DNA of 64,000 bases, taken from assembly GCA_963768055.1 (NCBI GenBank), contig CAVYGN010000002.1, forward strand, positions 1 through 64,000. Reading direction: 5' to 3'. The notes below the pieces were generated by a model. The model was not told the DNA's origin. It was given only the letters and a program-made list of their open reading frames with translations, and did not search any database. Shown piece after piece: positions 53,579-63,123 of this stretch. How positions within the stretch are numbered: position 1 is the stretch's first letter; every line of letters starts with the position of its first letter. This DNA comes from an uncultured Spirochaetota bacterium (GTDB taxonomy: Bacteria > Spirochaetota > Brevinematia > Brevinematales > JAOACQ01). Position numbers and translations under genes: made by a program.

Positions 53579-53795
53579 CCCTTCTTGACAGATTCCCCCC
53601 CATCGAATACAATAGTGGTTTAAGGGCGGTTCAAATAAATAACAATGTTGTTAACAATTAGCATTCAAATTAGTTATAATCCGCCCAATGGGCCCTGGTG
53701 CCTGGACTGGTGCCAGTCCCCAGGACAGGTGCACTACCTATCCGCCTTGAAAAGGCGGTTATTAGAAGTGCCCTTAAGCTTATGGGAGGAGATCA

Positions 53796-55058
53796 ATGAG
53801 GCCAATCGAGGCAAGGCAGAATGAAATGCTTATCGGGGGCATACGTGCGCTGGACCTTGTCAGGGAATTCGGCAGCCCGCTTTATGTATATAACGAGGCA
53901 GTCATAAGGGACTCTTTCAGGATGCTCAGCACTTCCTTTAGTTACGAAAAAAAGCGTATACACTATGCATTAAAAGCTAATAACAACCTCAGGATACTTC
54001 AGATCCTGGAAAAAGAAGGAGCGTTCATAGATGCGGTTTCAAAAGAGGAGGTGATGCTCTCTCTTAAAGCGAATTACAGCCCGCAAAAGATCCTCTTTAC
54101 CGGCATCAATCTCAAGGACGACGATATAGATTTCGCCTTTCAAAACGGCGTAATGGTTAATCTGGGTTCCCTCTCCGATCTTGAAAAATACGGATCGAGA
54201 TATTCCGGGACGTCGGTATCGATCCGAATAAATCCCGATATGGGCGCCGGCCATCATGACCACGTGGTTACGGGCGGAAGGGAGAGTAAGTTCGGGATAT
54301 ATTACAGCGCAAAAGGCCAGAATGACCTTGAAAAGGCTTCCGAACTGATAAAAAACTATAAACTCAGGCTTTCGGGGATTCACGCACATATAGGGTCAGG
54401 AATCCTGGACGAGAAAAAGTATATCCAGCTTATGCAGGTTATCCTGAAAATAGCCGGTAAATTTCCTAACCTTGAATTCATCGATATCGGCGGAGGGATC
54501 GGCGTTCCCTACAAACCCGACGAGCATGATTTTAATTTTAAAATGTTCGGCATGCACATGGACGAGTTAATGAGGTCGTTTACCAGGGAATACGGAAGTT
54601 CCCCCTACCTCGCAATCGAGCCGGGCCGTTTCCTTGTAGCTGAAGCCGGAACCCTGCTGTGTACTGTAACAGACCTGAAAAACACCCCGCTTTACACCTT
54701 CGCCGGTGTCGATACGGGTTTCAATCACCTGCTGAGGCCGATGATGTACGGCAGCTACCATCCTGTCCTGAACGCCTCCCGCATCGAAGGTCTAAAAAAG
54801 GAATACGCCGTAAGCGGTTATCTATGCGAAAGCGGCGATGTCTTCACCAGGAACGAAAACGGTTTGAAACCCCGGCAAATAACGGAAGTACGGCTGGGCG
54901 ATATTCTGGCAATATTGAATGCAGGCGCTTACGGCTACTCGATGGCGTCGAATTACAACGCGCGCCCGCGCCCTGCCGAAGTCCTCGTAACAGGCGGGGA
55001 AGCGCGTCTTATCAGGAAGCGCGAGACCTTTGAAGATTTGATAAGGACCCAGGTTTAA
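53796..55058 (+). CDS. lysA: Diaminopimelate decarboxylase
   Basis: YALKAN, HIGSG, DIGGG, EPGRFLV, CESGD and GAYGYSMASNYN motifs. Confidence 0.96.
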   Translation: MRPIEARQNEMLIGGIRALDLVREFGSPLYVYNEAVIRDSFRMLSTSFSYEKKRIHYALKANNNLRILQILEKEGAFIDAVSKEEVMLSLKANYSPQKILFTGINLKDDDIDFAFQNGVMVNLGSLSDLEKYGSRYSGTSVSIRINPDMGAGHHDHVVTGGRESKFGIYYSAKGQNDLEKASELIKNYKLRLSGIHAHIGSGILDEKKYIQLMQVILKIAGKFPNLEFIDIGGGIGVPYKPDEHDFNFKMFGMHMDELMRSFTREYGSSPYLAIEPGRFLVAEAGTLLCTVTDLKNTPLYTFAGVDTGFNHLLRPMMYGSYHPVLNASRIEGLKKEYAVSGYLCESGDVFTRNENGLKPRQITEVRLGDILAILNAGAYGYSMASNYNARPRPAEVLVTGGEARLIRKRETFEDLIRTQV

Positions 55059-55320
55059 AAGCGCCGCATCTGCCCTCCTGAGTTTTTATAAAAAAAGTAT
55101 TCAAGCAAAGCTTGACGCCGTTTTGAGATTATGCAGTTCAAGTTTTGAATCCGGCGAGATAAAAATTGACTCCATGCAGGCCGGATATTGTTTGATCGGC
55201 CCCTAGCGCTTGCTGGTGTTTTGAGCCTTAGCGGTTTGAGCGGTCGAATACTGTGCAGAAAAAATTACTTCAAGAAGAAATCTTATTGATCGATTCTCAG
55301 CATGTTTTGTGAATAATTTC

Positions 55321-55377
55321 TTGCAATATTACAAGCGTAGTATTATAATATCACATAGTGATATTACATGGTGATAT
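55321..55377 (+). promoter_or_regulatory. fapR promoter with overlapping dyad operator(s)
   Basis: TTGCAA-17-TATAAT; TAATATCAC-ATA-GTGATATTA (55346-55366) and an imperfect second copy at 55361-55377. Confidence 0.7.
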
Positions 55378-55390
55378 AAAGGATGTGCGG

Positions 55391-56011
55391 ATGAACAGAA
55401 GCTCTGTTCCGGTTGAGGAAAGGCATGCCAGAATCCTTGAAGAACTTGATAAAAATCCTTTTATCCTCGATGACGAACTTGCCAATATACTTAAGGTAAG
55501 CATTCATACGATAAGATCGGACAGGCATAAGATAGGAATCCCCGAAGTGAGGAGAAGAGGGAAGGATGTTTCCGAAACGATGTTTGCACAGGCGCGAACC
55601 CTGAGGGAGCCCGAGATAACGGGAGACATTCTCGAACTCGATCTTGACAGGGATGGGCTTTCGCTCATGGACACGGATGAATCAATGGCCCTTAAAAAAT
55701 CAAGCCTGATCAGGGGCCACATTCTCTTTGCACAGGCGAATACTCTTGCCAACGCGATCCTTGACGCCGAGGTCGCTTTGACGGCAGAGGCCAGTGTAAA
55801 ATTCATATCCCCTGTACATGCAGGCGAAAGAGTGCTGGCGAAAGCAAGAGTAATCTCTTCCCTGAAGCATAAAAGGGAAGTCGAAGTGATCATGAAAACC
55901 AAGAAAAAACTTGTATTCGAAGGGCATTTTACAATCTACTGCATAGATGCGGGAATGGCATCTCATCTGAGCCTATTGAATGAAGAAGAAATTACTGGAG
56001 GAAATAAATGA
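55391..56011 (+). CDS. fapR: Fatty acid biosynthesis regulator FapR
   Basis: NPFILDDELA..VSIHTIRSDR..IPE.R HTH and RGHILFAQANTLA hotdog domain; adjacent to fabH. Confidence 0.9.
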   Translation: MNRSSVPVEERHARILEELDKNPFILDDELANILKVSIHTIRSDRHKIGIPEVRRRGKDVSETMFAQARTLREPEITGDILELDLDRDGLSLMDTDESMALKKSSLIRGHILFAQANTLANAILDAEVALTAEASVKFISPVHAGERVLAKARVISSLKHKREVEVIMKTKKKLVFEGHFTIYCIDAGMASHLSLLNEEEITGGNK

Positions 56012-56943
56012 GTAAAATTGGAATCAAGTCTATTGGCTCCTATATTCCCGAGAATAAGCTGACAAACGCGGACCTGGAAAAAATGGTCGATACGACGGAT
56101 GAATGGATATTTACACGCACCGGTATCCGCGAAAGGCGGATCGCCCCGAAAAATATCCAGACTTCGGATATGGCGATCAAGGCCGCGCAGGATTGTCTCT
56201 CACATTTAAAAATAAAACCCGACTTGATCATATCCTCATCAGGTACGGGCGAGACGAATTTTCCATTTCAGGCAAGCAGGGTAGCCGAACATTTCGGCTT
56301 AACCAAAACTGCCGGTTTCGATTTGAACGCCGGATGCTCCGGATTAGTTTACGCCTTGACGGTCGGATGCAGCATGATGAAAAGCCTCAAATATAAAAAT
56401 GTACTGATCACGGCGAGTGAAAAAATGACAAACTTTACCGACTATAAAGACAGGTCGAGCTGTATCCTTTTAGGCGACGGAGCTTCTTCTTTACTGCTTG
56501 CGGACCGTGATTTCGAACATGAAATACTAACCTGCGAACTTGGCATGGATGGGACCGGAAGCAATCTCATAACCCTGGGAGCGAGGGAAGGAAATCCCTA
56601 TTTCTGGCAGGACGGCCAAAAGGTTTTCAAATTCGCCATTAAAAAAATGTGCGATATTATCAACTCCCTGAAACAAAAAGTGAAAATAAGCAAAAAGGCG
56701 AATTTATATATTGTGCCTCACCAGGCCAACATGCGGATATTCGAAACAGTATCGGATCGGACCAAAATCCCGATGAGCAATTTTATCACGAATCTCGACC
56801 GCTTCGGCAATACATCCTCCGCTTCCATCGGGATAGCCCTTGACGAGGCAAGTAAACAGGGGCGGTTCTTAAAGGGCGATATGCTTTTCCTGGTCGGTTT
56901 CGGCGCAGGTTTAACATGGGCGGGTGCGGCTGTGAAATGGTAA
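56008..56943 (+). CDS. fabH: Beta-ketoacyl-ACP synthase III
   Basis: RTGIRERR, AGCSG, PHQAN and GNTSSAS motifs. Confidence 0.95.
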   Translation: MSKIGIKSIGSYIPENKLTNADLEKMVDTTDEWIFTRTGIRERRIAPKNIQTSDMAIKAAQDCLSHLKIKPDLIISSSGTGETNFPFQASRVAEHFGLTKTAGFDLNAGCSGLVYALTVGCSMMKSLKYKNVLITASEKMTNFTDYKDRSSCILLGDGASSLLLADRDFEHEILTCELGMDGTGSNLITLGAREGNPYFWQDGQKVFKFAIKKMCDIINSLKQKVKISKKANLYIVPHQANMRIFETVSDRTKIPMSNFITNLDRFGNTSSASIGIALDEASKQGRFLKGDMLFLVGFGAGLTWAGAAVKW

Positions 56944-56957
56944 TAAAAAAACATTTT

Positions 56958-57974
56958 ATGAAATTTTATTTATATCTCCCGGCTGTTGTCCTGGCGCTGT
57001 TGCTCTTTTCGAATCCGGGGGTTATCCTGGGGGAAGCGGTAAATTCGGGTTTGACGGGCAATTACCCGGCGAACTCGCCTGTCGCTATCCATGGCAAATT
57101 AAGGGTTGTCGAGACACAGCTTTGCGATGAAAAGAGCGTTCCCATCCAGCTTCGCGGTTTTTCTTCACATGGCCTTCAGTGGTACGGCAAATTCGTTAAC
57201 AGCGAATCCATCGCATGGCTGGCCAAAAACTGGAAAATGGATGTTTTTAGGGTTGCCCTGTACACTGCCGAAAATGGATATATAAAAGACTCTTCTCTCG
57301 CCATAAATCTGAAATACGCAGTCGATTACGCTGAAGAAAGCGGCATATACTGTATAATCGACTGGCATATCCTGTCTGACGGCGACCCTAACATTTATAA
57401 AAAAGCAGCAAGGGATTTTTTTAAAAAAATGGCTTTCCTTTACGGAGCTAAAAGCCATGTCATGTATGAGATATGCAACGAACCGAATGGGGCCGACGTA
57501 ACCTGGAAAAGCAATATTAAACCTTACGCCGAATATGTAATCCCCGCTATAAGAGAAGGCGATTCAAATGGGGTCATTATAGTCGGGTCGGGGGACTGGA
57601 GCCAGGATATCCAGGATCCTGCAGCCGATCCGCTGAAATATGAAAACATTATTTATTCCGTTCATTTCTATGCCGGTACCCACACACAAGGGCTCCGGAA
57701 CATGATATCCGACGCCTTGCATCATATACCTATTTTCTGCACCGAATGGGGGACAAGCGACTCAAGCGGGAATAACGGCCCTTTCCTCGAGGAAGCGCAA
57801 ACCTGGATGGATTTCTTAAACTCCGGGAAAATAAGCTGGTGCAACTGGGCGCTTTGCGACAAGCCGGCGCCTCCCTTCCCATTTAAACCGGGCGCTGGAA
57901 CATCGGGTGATTGGAACGATGAAACTCTGACCCCTTCGGGAAGGTTTGTCAAGGATGCGATGACTAACCGGTAA
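56958..57974 (+). CDS. Secreted GH5 endoglucanase
   Basis: SSHGLQW, IIDWH, NEP, HFYA and TEWG motifs. Confidence 0.92.
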   Translation: MKFYLYLPAVVLALLLFSNPGVILGEAVNSGLTGNYPANSPVAIHGKLRVVETQLCDEKSVPIQLRGFSSHGLQWYGKFVNSESIAWLAKNWKMDVFRVALYTAENGYIKDSSLAINLKYAVDYAEESGIYCIIDWHILSDGDPNIYKKAARDFFKKMAFLYGAKSHVMYEICNEPNGADVTWKSNIKPYAEYVIPAIREGDSNGVIIVGSGDWSQDIQDPAADPLKYENIIYSVHFYAGTHTQGLRNMISDALHHIPIFCTEWGTSDSSGNNGPFLEEAQTWMDFLNSGKISWCNWALCDKPAPPFPFKPGAGTSGDWNDETLTPSGRFVKDAMTNR

Positions 57975-58009
57975 AGCCCCAAGTATTAATTGTCAATATC
58001 TATCGATAT

Positions 58010-58879
58010 CTATTTTGAATTAATATTCGAAATTTCTTCGAGCTCGGTAACATTATCCATCAGTTCAACTTTGGCAATAACCCTCCTGCCGGAATTTTCA
58101 ACCCATATGCCCGTTTTTTGTTTCGTGAAGGGCTCCATGATCTTTTCAAGGAAAGGGTCCGCCATGGCAATCGCTACCATGGTCGTGAGGAAAGAACCGG
58201 CGCGAGTCTTGATCGTTTCAATTGCAACACACCTGAAAGAAAACGGTAAAGGTTCTTTAACTAAAAACGGCGCTATGGAATATATGATGCCATGGCTGGA
58301 AAGATCCATAAACCGGGGTGAAAAGAAACCGAGGGAAATGTTTTCCCACACGGGAAACAAAGGGTTTACTTTGAAATGGTACCTGCTTTCGGCACTCTGC
58401 CTGCCCTTGATGGTTTTCATGTTAAAATCCACATAACGCCCGTCAAGGCTGCGTTTAAAATTCCACGAATATGGAAACGGCTGGTTTTCATTGTTTTTAT
58501 ATATAGATGTATCCGTGTCCATAGTCATTTTCATTTCCAGCACGGTCCCCGCAATTGGATCGATCAGGAAAGAGGACGGCCAGTCCCTATAATTTTCCGG
58601 AAGCTTTTTACCCCCCGATACGGAAATATTAACCATGTAAATCCTGTAAACGGTCCCGCCGTTTACACCGGTTTCCTTCCTTGTGACAAAGTAAATATCG
58701 CTGTCTTTTTCATTTCCCGTGTAACTAAAATAATGAAGAAACTCTCCGTCCGGAATGTCAATATCGTGGAATGCTTTCATGGGCACATTCCGCATGCCTG
58801 AACAGCCGGCAGCGGCAAGTAAGACCAGCAGCATCAATAATCGGGCAGAAAAATGATTACTTTTAATGTATTGCATCAA
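58010..58879 (-). CDS. Hypothetical lipoprotein
   Basis: Lipobox AAGC; overlaps the upstream ORF by 4 nt. Confidence 0.6.
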   Translation of the reverse strand: MMQYIKSNHFSARLLMLLVLLAAAGCSGMRNVPMKAFHDIDIPDGEFLHYFSYTGNEKDSDIYFVTRKETGVNGGTVYRIYMVNISVSGGKKLPENYRDWPSSFLIDPIAGTVLEMKMTMDTDTSIYKNNENQPFPYSWNFKRSLDGRYVDFNMKTIKGRQSAESRYHFKVNPLFPVWENISLGFFSPRFMDLSSHGIIYSIAPFLVKEPLPFSFRCVAIETIKTRAGSFLTTMVAIAMADPFLEKIMEPFTKQKTGIWVENSGRRVIAKVELMDNVTELEEISNINSK

Positions 58880-60456
58880 ATATTATAAACCCTCTTGATA
58901 TTTTCGAAAGTGACGGGATCGGCGATCCTTTCCAGCAGCTGTCTTATATTCTTAATCTCATCGTTAATTCTCCGTTCGTTGTCCCTGTAAGAGATTATCT
59001 CGTCATTCTGCAGGTATCTGCCGGCGTCGAAACAAATGGAAGAGACGATCGAAAGTCCTTCTATGAATGATTTATCGAAGAGATAACCCTGTCTCTTGAT
59101 CTTTTTATCTCCGAACGGTATATCAACTTGAGTTTTCAAAAGGGATGATTGATCTATGTTTTTAAACGCGGGGCCGGCTCCCCGGTCATTATCCCCGCCT
59201 TCACCCTGGTAAGCAATAAAAATATGACCGGTTTTTTTGCCTATTTCCATGATCAAAACTGATAACTCGCTAATAAATCTCACGGCTTCAGATTCTTCAT
59301 GGGTGACGTCCGCATGACTGTATTCTTTTTTAATTTCAGATAATCGTGAGTGACTGATCCTTATTGAAGACAGATTCGATGTTGAAAATGATTTCAGGAG
59401 ACCCTGCATCCTCCCCATTTCGTTCATAAAAAAATCATAACTGAACGGCTGGATTTCACCCGAATCCTCGATCAGTATCTTCCCGTTCAAAAAAAACTCG
59501 AATTCTCTAATAAAGCGTTTGATGAAATTACCCGCAAGCATGGTTAGATTGTCCCTGTCAAGTATAAATTTCGGTTTATTCGGCCCGATATCGGAATCGT
59601 AAAAATGAACTAAAGCCCCATAATCTCCGAGGATCCCGCCCCTGCCCTCCTGTTTTTTTCCGGAATACTGTTTGGAGTATTGCTTTAGAAATAATCCGGC
59701 TTTCGCAAGCCCCTTATTCTCTTCAAGCAATTGTTCAAGTTTCATCTCATTTTCCCTGATAAAGGCGGCGATCTTCAATTTAACATCTTCAGAGCAATCG
59801 AAATCGCAATCCGACACCACTCCCCCCGGGAAATCCTGTATAAGGTCTCTCAAGTCAAGGTATTTCCTGCTGTAAATCATATTCATTGCGACAATGAGAT
59901 TATTAAGAGTCAATGGATCGCTGGATTGAAATAAAAGCCGTTTTATGAAATATGAAACACCCTCTATCCTGTCATCGGTTTTTTTAAAATACTTTAAAAC
60001 CCTCGCTGCCGCCGAGAGGATCCTTTCAGGGTAGTCTATTCTGTAATGGCATACCAGATAAAAAGCCTCGACTTTTGCCAGCTTGCTGATGACATATTCG
60101 GCGTCATGGAAATAATTGATAGTGCTTACGAGTATTTCATCAATCAATTTACCGGATAGCGCCAGGAGATTATATTCGAATTTATCAAGCATCATCCATC
60201 CGTTTTCAAGGATGAATTTCAAATACCCAAGTGCTGATGAAGCTTCCTTACGAATGGATTCCCAGCCGTTTTTGTCAATATTTATCTGAAACCCGAAGAA
60301 ATGGGGAATAATGATCGGGATTTTATATGAAAAGTTCCTGATGTTCGCCCATTCAAAAAAAATATACATAAAAAATCCCGTCCGGTTGAACGTTTTTTTT
60401 ATATTGATGATATTTTTTTGAAAATCTACAGGGATTTCCTGATTGACCTGATCCAT
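58876..60456 (-). CDS. Hypothetical protein
   Basis: Long ORF with GGAG RBS; no motif recognised. Confidence 0.6.
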   Translation of the reverse strand: MDQVNQEIPVDFQKNIINIKKTFNRTGFFMYIFFEWANIRNFSYKIPIIIPHFFGFQINIDKNGWESIRKEASSALGYLKFILENGWMMLDKFEYNLLALSGKLIDEILVSTINYFHDAEYVISKLAKVEAFYLVCHYRIDYPERILSAAARVLKYFKKTDDRIEGVSYFIKRLLFQSSDPLTLNNLIVAMNMIYSRKYLDLRDLIQDFPGGVVSDCDFDCSEDVKLKIAAFIRENEMKLEQLLEENKGLAKAGLFLKQYSKQYSGKKQEGRGGILGDYGALVHFYDSDIGPNKPKFILDRDNLTMLAGNFIKRFIREFEFFLNGKILIEDSGEIQPFSYDFFMNEMGRMQGLLKSFSTSNLSSIRISHSRLSEIKKEYSHADVTHEESEAVRFISELSVLIMEIGKKTGHIFIAYQGEGGDNDRGAGPAFKNIDQSSLLKTQVDIPFGDKKIKRQGYLFDKSFIEGLSIVSSICFDAGRYLQNDEIISYRDNERRINDEIKNIRQLLERIADPVTFENIKRVYNI

Positions 60457-60533
60457 CAGTTTTCCTCCCATTACCGAACATAACAATTAATTATAATAAT
60501 AAAATCTCAAATAGTTAAAAATTTTATGATTAT

Positions 60534-60998
60534 TCATTTATTTTTTTTATAGAGATCATTATATAATTCGGTAACTGATTTTTTCAGAACAGGATGAACG
60601 AATTCAGGGCAGATATCGAGCAGAGGCCTGAGCACGAAATACCTGTTGTGCATATCTGGATGAGGAATGATCAGCCCTTCTTCGAAAAAAACGCCATTGT
60701 CATAAAAAATTATATCAAGATCGATAGTTCTTTCCCCCCACTTGACGGTCCTCTCCCTGCCCAATTCATTTTCAGTATCATGAAGTTTAAATAAAAGTTC
60801 TCCCGGCGGGAGTTCTGTTTCAACCATAAGCGCCATATTGATAAAACAGGGCTGGTCGGTCTTACCGTAAGGCCTGGTCCTGTAAGGCTTCGAACATTTT
60901 TTAACCCGGGCATAACGGTTAACTCCGGTTATCGCTCTTCGGATATTCTTTTTCCTGTCGCCAAGATTGGCCCCGACGGAAATGATAACCTGATGCAT
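60534..60998 (-). CDS. folK: HPPK (2-amino-4-hydroxy-6-hydroxymethyldihydropteridine pyrophosphokinase)
   Basis: GANLGD, WGERTIDLDII and IPHP..R.FVL.PL motifs. Confidence 0.95.
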   Translation of the reverse strand: MHQVIISVGANLGDRKKNIRRAITGVNRYARVKKCSKPYRTRPYGKTDQPCFINMALMVETELPPGELLFKLHDTENELGRERTVKWGERTIDLDIIFYDNGVFFEEGLIIPHPDMHNRYFVLRPLLDICPEFVHPVLKKSVTELYNDLYKKNK

Positions 60999-61000
60999 TA

Positions 61001-61591
61001 TTACACCCGATTTTTTGAAAGCAGCCTTCCTATCTCGAACGCCTTATAATTCCCTGCCTCGTACTTTTTCCTGACAAAAGTCTTAATGGCAACCCTCCAG
61101 GCTTTTATAGAGATCTCGCTTATAGAGTTTGACAGTACGCCTAAAATAACAGTATTGACAAGCCTGGTGTTCCCGAGAGTTTTTACAGCATCGAGAGCGT
61201 TGACAATCTGAAAATTATTAGTGCGGGAAGAAAAATATTTAACTATGTCTGCCGGGTAAGAAGAGACTCCCATAATAACGGATATCGGCGGTATTTCGAG
61301 ATCATTCATTACAACAATTCCGTTTTTTTTTAAAAAACCTATGTTCCGGAGCGCTTCAAGCTTCTCGAATCCGATCAGAAAATCGGCTTCTCCCGGAGAA
61401 ACAACAGGCGAATGAACGGAGCTGCCGTATCTCAGGAAACTCGTAACAGAGCCTTCCCTCTGGCTCATACCGTGGATTTCATTTTTTTTGACATCATATC
61501 CTGATTTAAACAGTGCGTAAGACAGAATATCCGATGCAAGAACAATTCCCTGTCCGCCCACGCCGCAAATGACTATACTTTTCGTATTCAT
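61001..61591 (-). CDS. iorB: Indolepyruvate oxidoreductase beta subunit
   Basis: GVGGQG, EIHGMSQREGSV and FEKLEALR motifs. Confidence 0.92.
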   Translation of the reverse strand: MNTKSIVICGVGGQGIVLASDILSYALFKSGYDVKKNEIHGMSQREGSVTSFLRYGSSVHSPVVSPGEADFLIGFEKLEALRNIGFLKKNGIVVMNDLEIPPISVIMGVSSYPADIVKYFSSRTNNFQIVNALDAVKTLGNTRLVNTVILGVLSNSISEISIKAWRVAIKTFVRKKYEAGNYKAFEIGRLLSKNRV

Positions 61592-61602
61592 TTGTATCCT
61601 TC

Positions 61603-63123
61603 TTATAACTTGATAACCATAATAGTCCTGTCATCCTTTTGCAGGGTTCCTTCGAAATAATCCTCCAGCCGGATGAGAATATCGCCGATCATACTTGAAG
61701 CCGACCCGTTCTCACCTGTGACTTCGAGGAATATTTTCTCCAGTTTTTCCTTGCCCAGTTGTTTGCCTTCGGGATTAATCCCCTCGACTATTCCATCGCT
61801 GAAAAGGAGGAGAACGTCGCCGCTCCGGCAGTTTATGGAATCGGCGGTAAATTTCGCATTTTTAAAAGTACCGATTATAGGATTTTTATTCCTTACCCTT
61901 TTTACCGATTTTTCCTGCCTCGAATAATAAAGCTGATCCGTATGGCCGGCGGATATGAAATTAATAACCCGGCTTTCCAGATTAATAGAACAGGCAAAAA
62001 GAGTGGCGTAAGAATAAGTGTTTTCCAGGATCCTGGTAATGCGCTGGTTGAGAAGCGTAAAAGCCTGTGCCAGGTTGTCGAAAAATTTATTCTCAATCAG
62101 TTCCTCAACTTCCACCTTGAGAATAGCCCAGATCATAGCGGCATATACTCCATGACCGGAGGCGTCGCCAAGAAAAAGAAGCAAATTGTTGTCATCAAGT
62201 TTGTAAAAATCGTAATAATCGCCGCCTACGCTCTGCATCGGCATATATGAAATTTCCATGTCGATAAAATTCTGGATGAACTTCTGCTTATCGAGGGGAA
62301 GAAGCGATATTTGAAGGGATTGGGCCGTCCTTACGTCATCCATCATCTGACGGTTTAGTTCCGTAAGCTTTTTATTCGTATCATTGGCGCGGGTAAGAAC
62401 GTTAAGGTATTCAAAGACAAAGTTCAATGAAAGGCCTATCATAAGGATACTCGCTCCATAAGCAAAAGGTGATCCCAGGGACGAATAAAACCAGTCTATT
62501 TTCATTATTCTCAGGAGGATGTCGATAATTCCGGATAACAGGGCGGTAATTCCCGCAGCCAGCAGAGTTCTATACCGGAGCAGGTTCATCGGCGTAATTT
62601 TCCCTATTTCCAACTTGAGGATCCTGTTGAATTCATACTGTTCTATGATCCCTATTCCCGAAAGCAGTATTATCAGAAATATTTGAAAGATGAAAAAATA
62701 TCCCCTGGAATCGTTAGAGTAAAAAATGAAAATTAATATTATACTTATCGAGCATAAAATGGAAAAAGCGACCATGAAATTCCTGTTCTTTTTTTTATAA
62801 CCGTCGGTTTCCACAAAGGTCGAATCCTTTATCGATACCGAGATGAAGCGCAGGAACAGCACATAAAAAAAGAGCCCTATTATGCCGAAAACAACAGAAA
62901 ATTTATCTACGATACCCGCTTTTTCCGGATAGATATAACCCGCGAAAACCATAAGATCGGAAAGAACTATACTTGAGGCGATAATTATTATGATCGGAAG
63001 GTCGCTCCTTGAACGGAGCAATACAGGGTTCCTCGAAATAAAAATGTAATAGATCAGGGACTGGATAATTAGAAATAAGCAAAAACAAATGCTGGCAAGA
63101 TAAGATACCAGCACCGGATTCAT
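61603..63123 (-). CDS. Multi-TM SpoIIE/PP2C-type phosphatase
   Basis: About 7 TM helices; VGGDYYD, DASGHG, SAGH, SDGIVE and DDRT motifs. Confidence 0.9.
   Translation of the reverse strand: MNPVLVSYLASICFCLFLIIQSLIYYIFISRNPVLLRSRSDLPIIIIIASSIVLSDLMVFAGYIYPEKAGIVDKFSVVFGIIGLFFYVLFLRFISVSIKDSTFVETDGYKKKNRNFMVAFSILCSISIILIFIFYSNDSRGYFFIFQIFLIILLSGIGIIEQYEFNRILKLEIGKITPMNLLRYRTLLAAGITALLSGIIDILLRIMKIDWFYSSLGSPFAYGASILMIGLSLNFVFEYLNVLTRANDTNKKLTELNRQMMDDVRTAQSLQISLLPLDKQKFIQNFIDMEISYMPMQSVGGDYYDFYKLDDNNLLLFLGDASGHGVYAAMIWAILKVEVEELIENKFFDNLAQAFTLLNQRITRILENTYSYATLFACSINLESRVINFISAGHTDQLYYSRQEKSVKRVRNKNPIIGTFKNAKFTADSINCRSGDVLLLFSDGIVEGINPEGKQLGKEKLEKIFLEVTGENGSASSMIGDILIRLEDYFEGTLQKDDRTIMVIKL

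Noticed and set aside
53580..53795. Lysine riboswitch upstream of lysA
   Set aside because: The conserved AGAGGTGC and downstream L-box core were not found.
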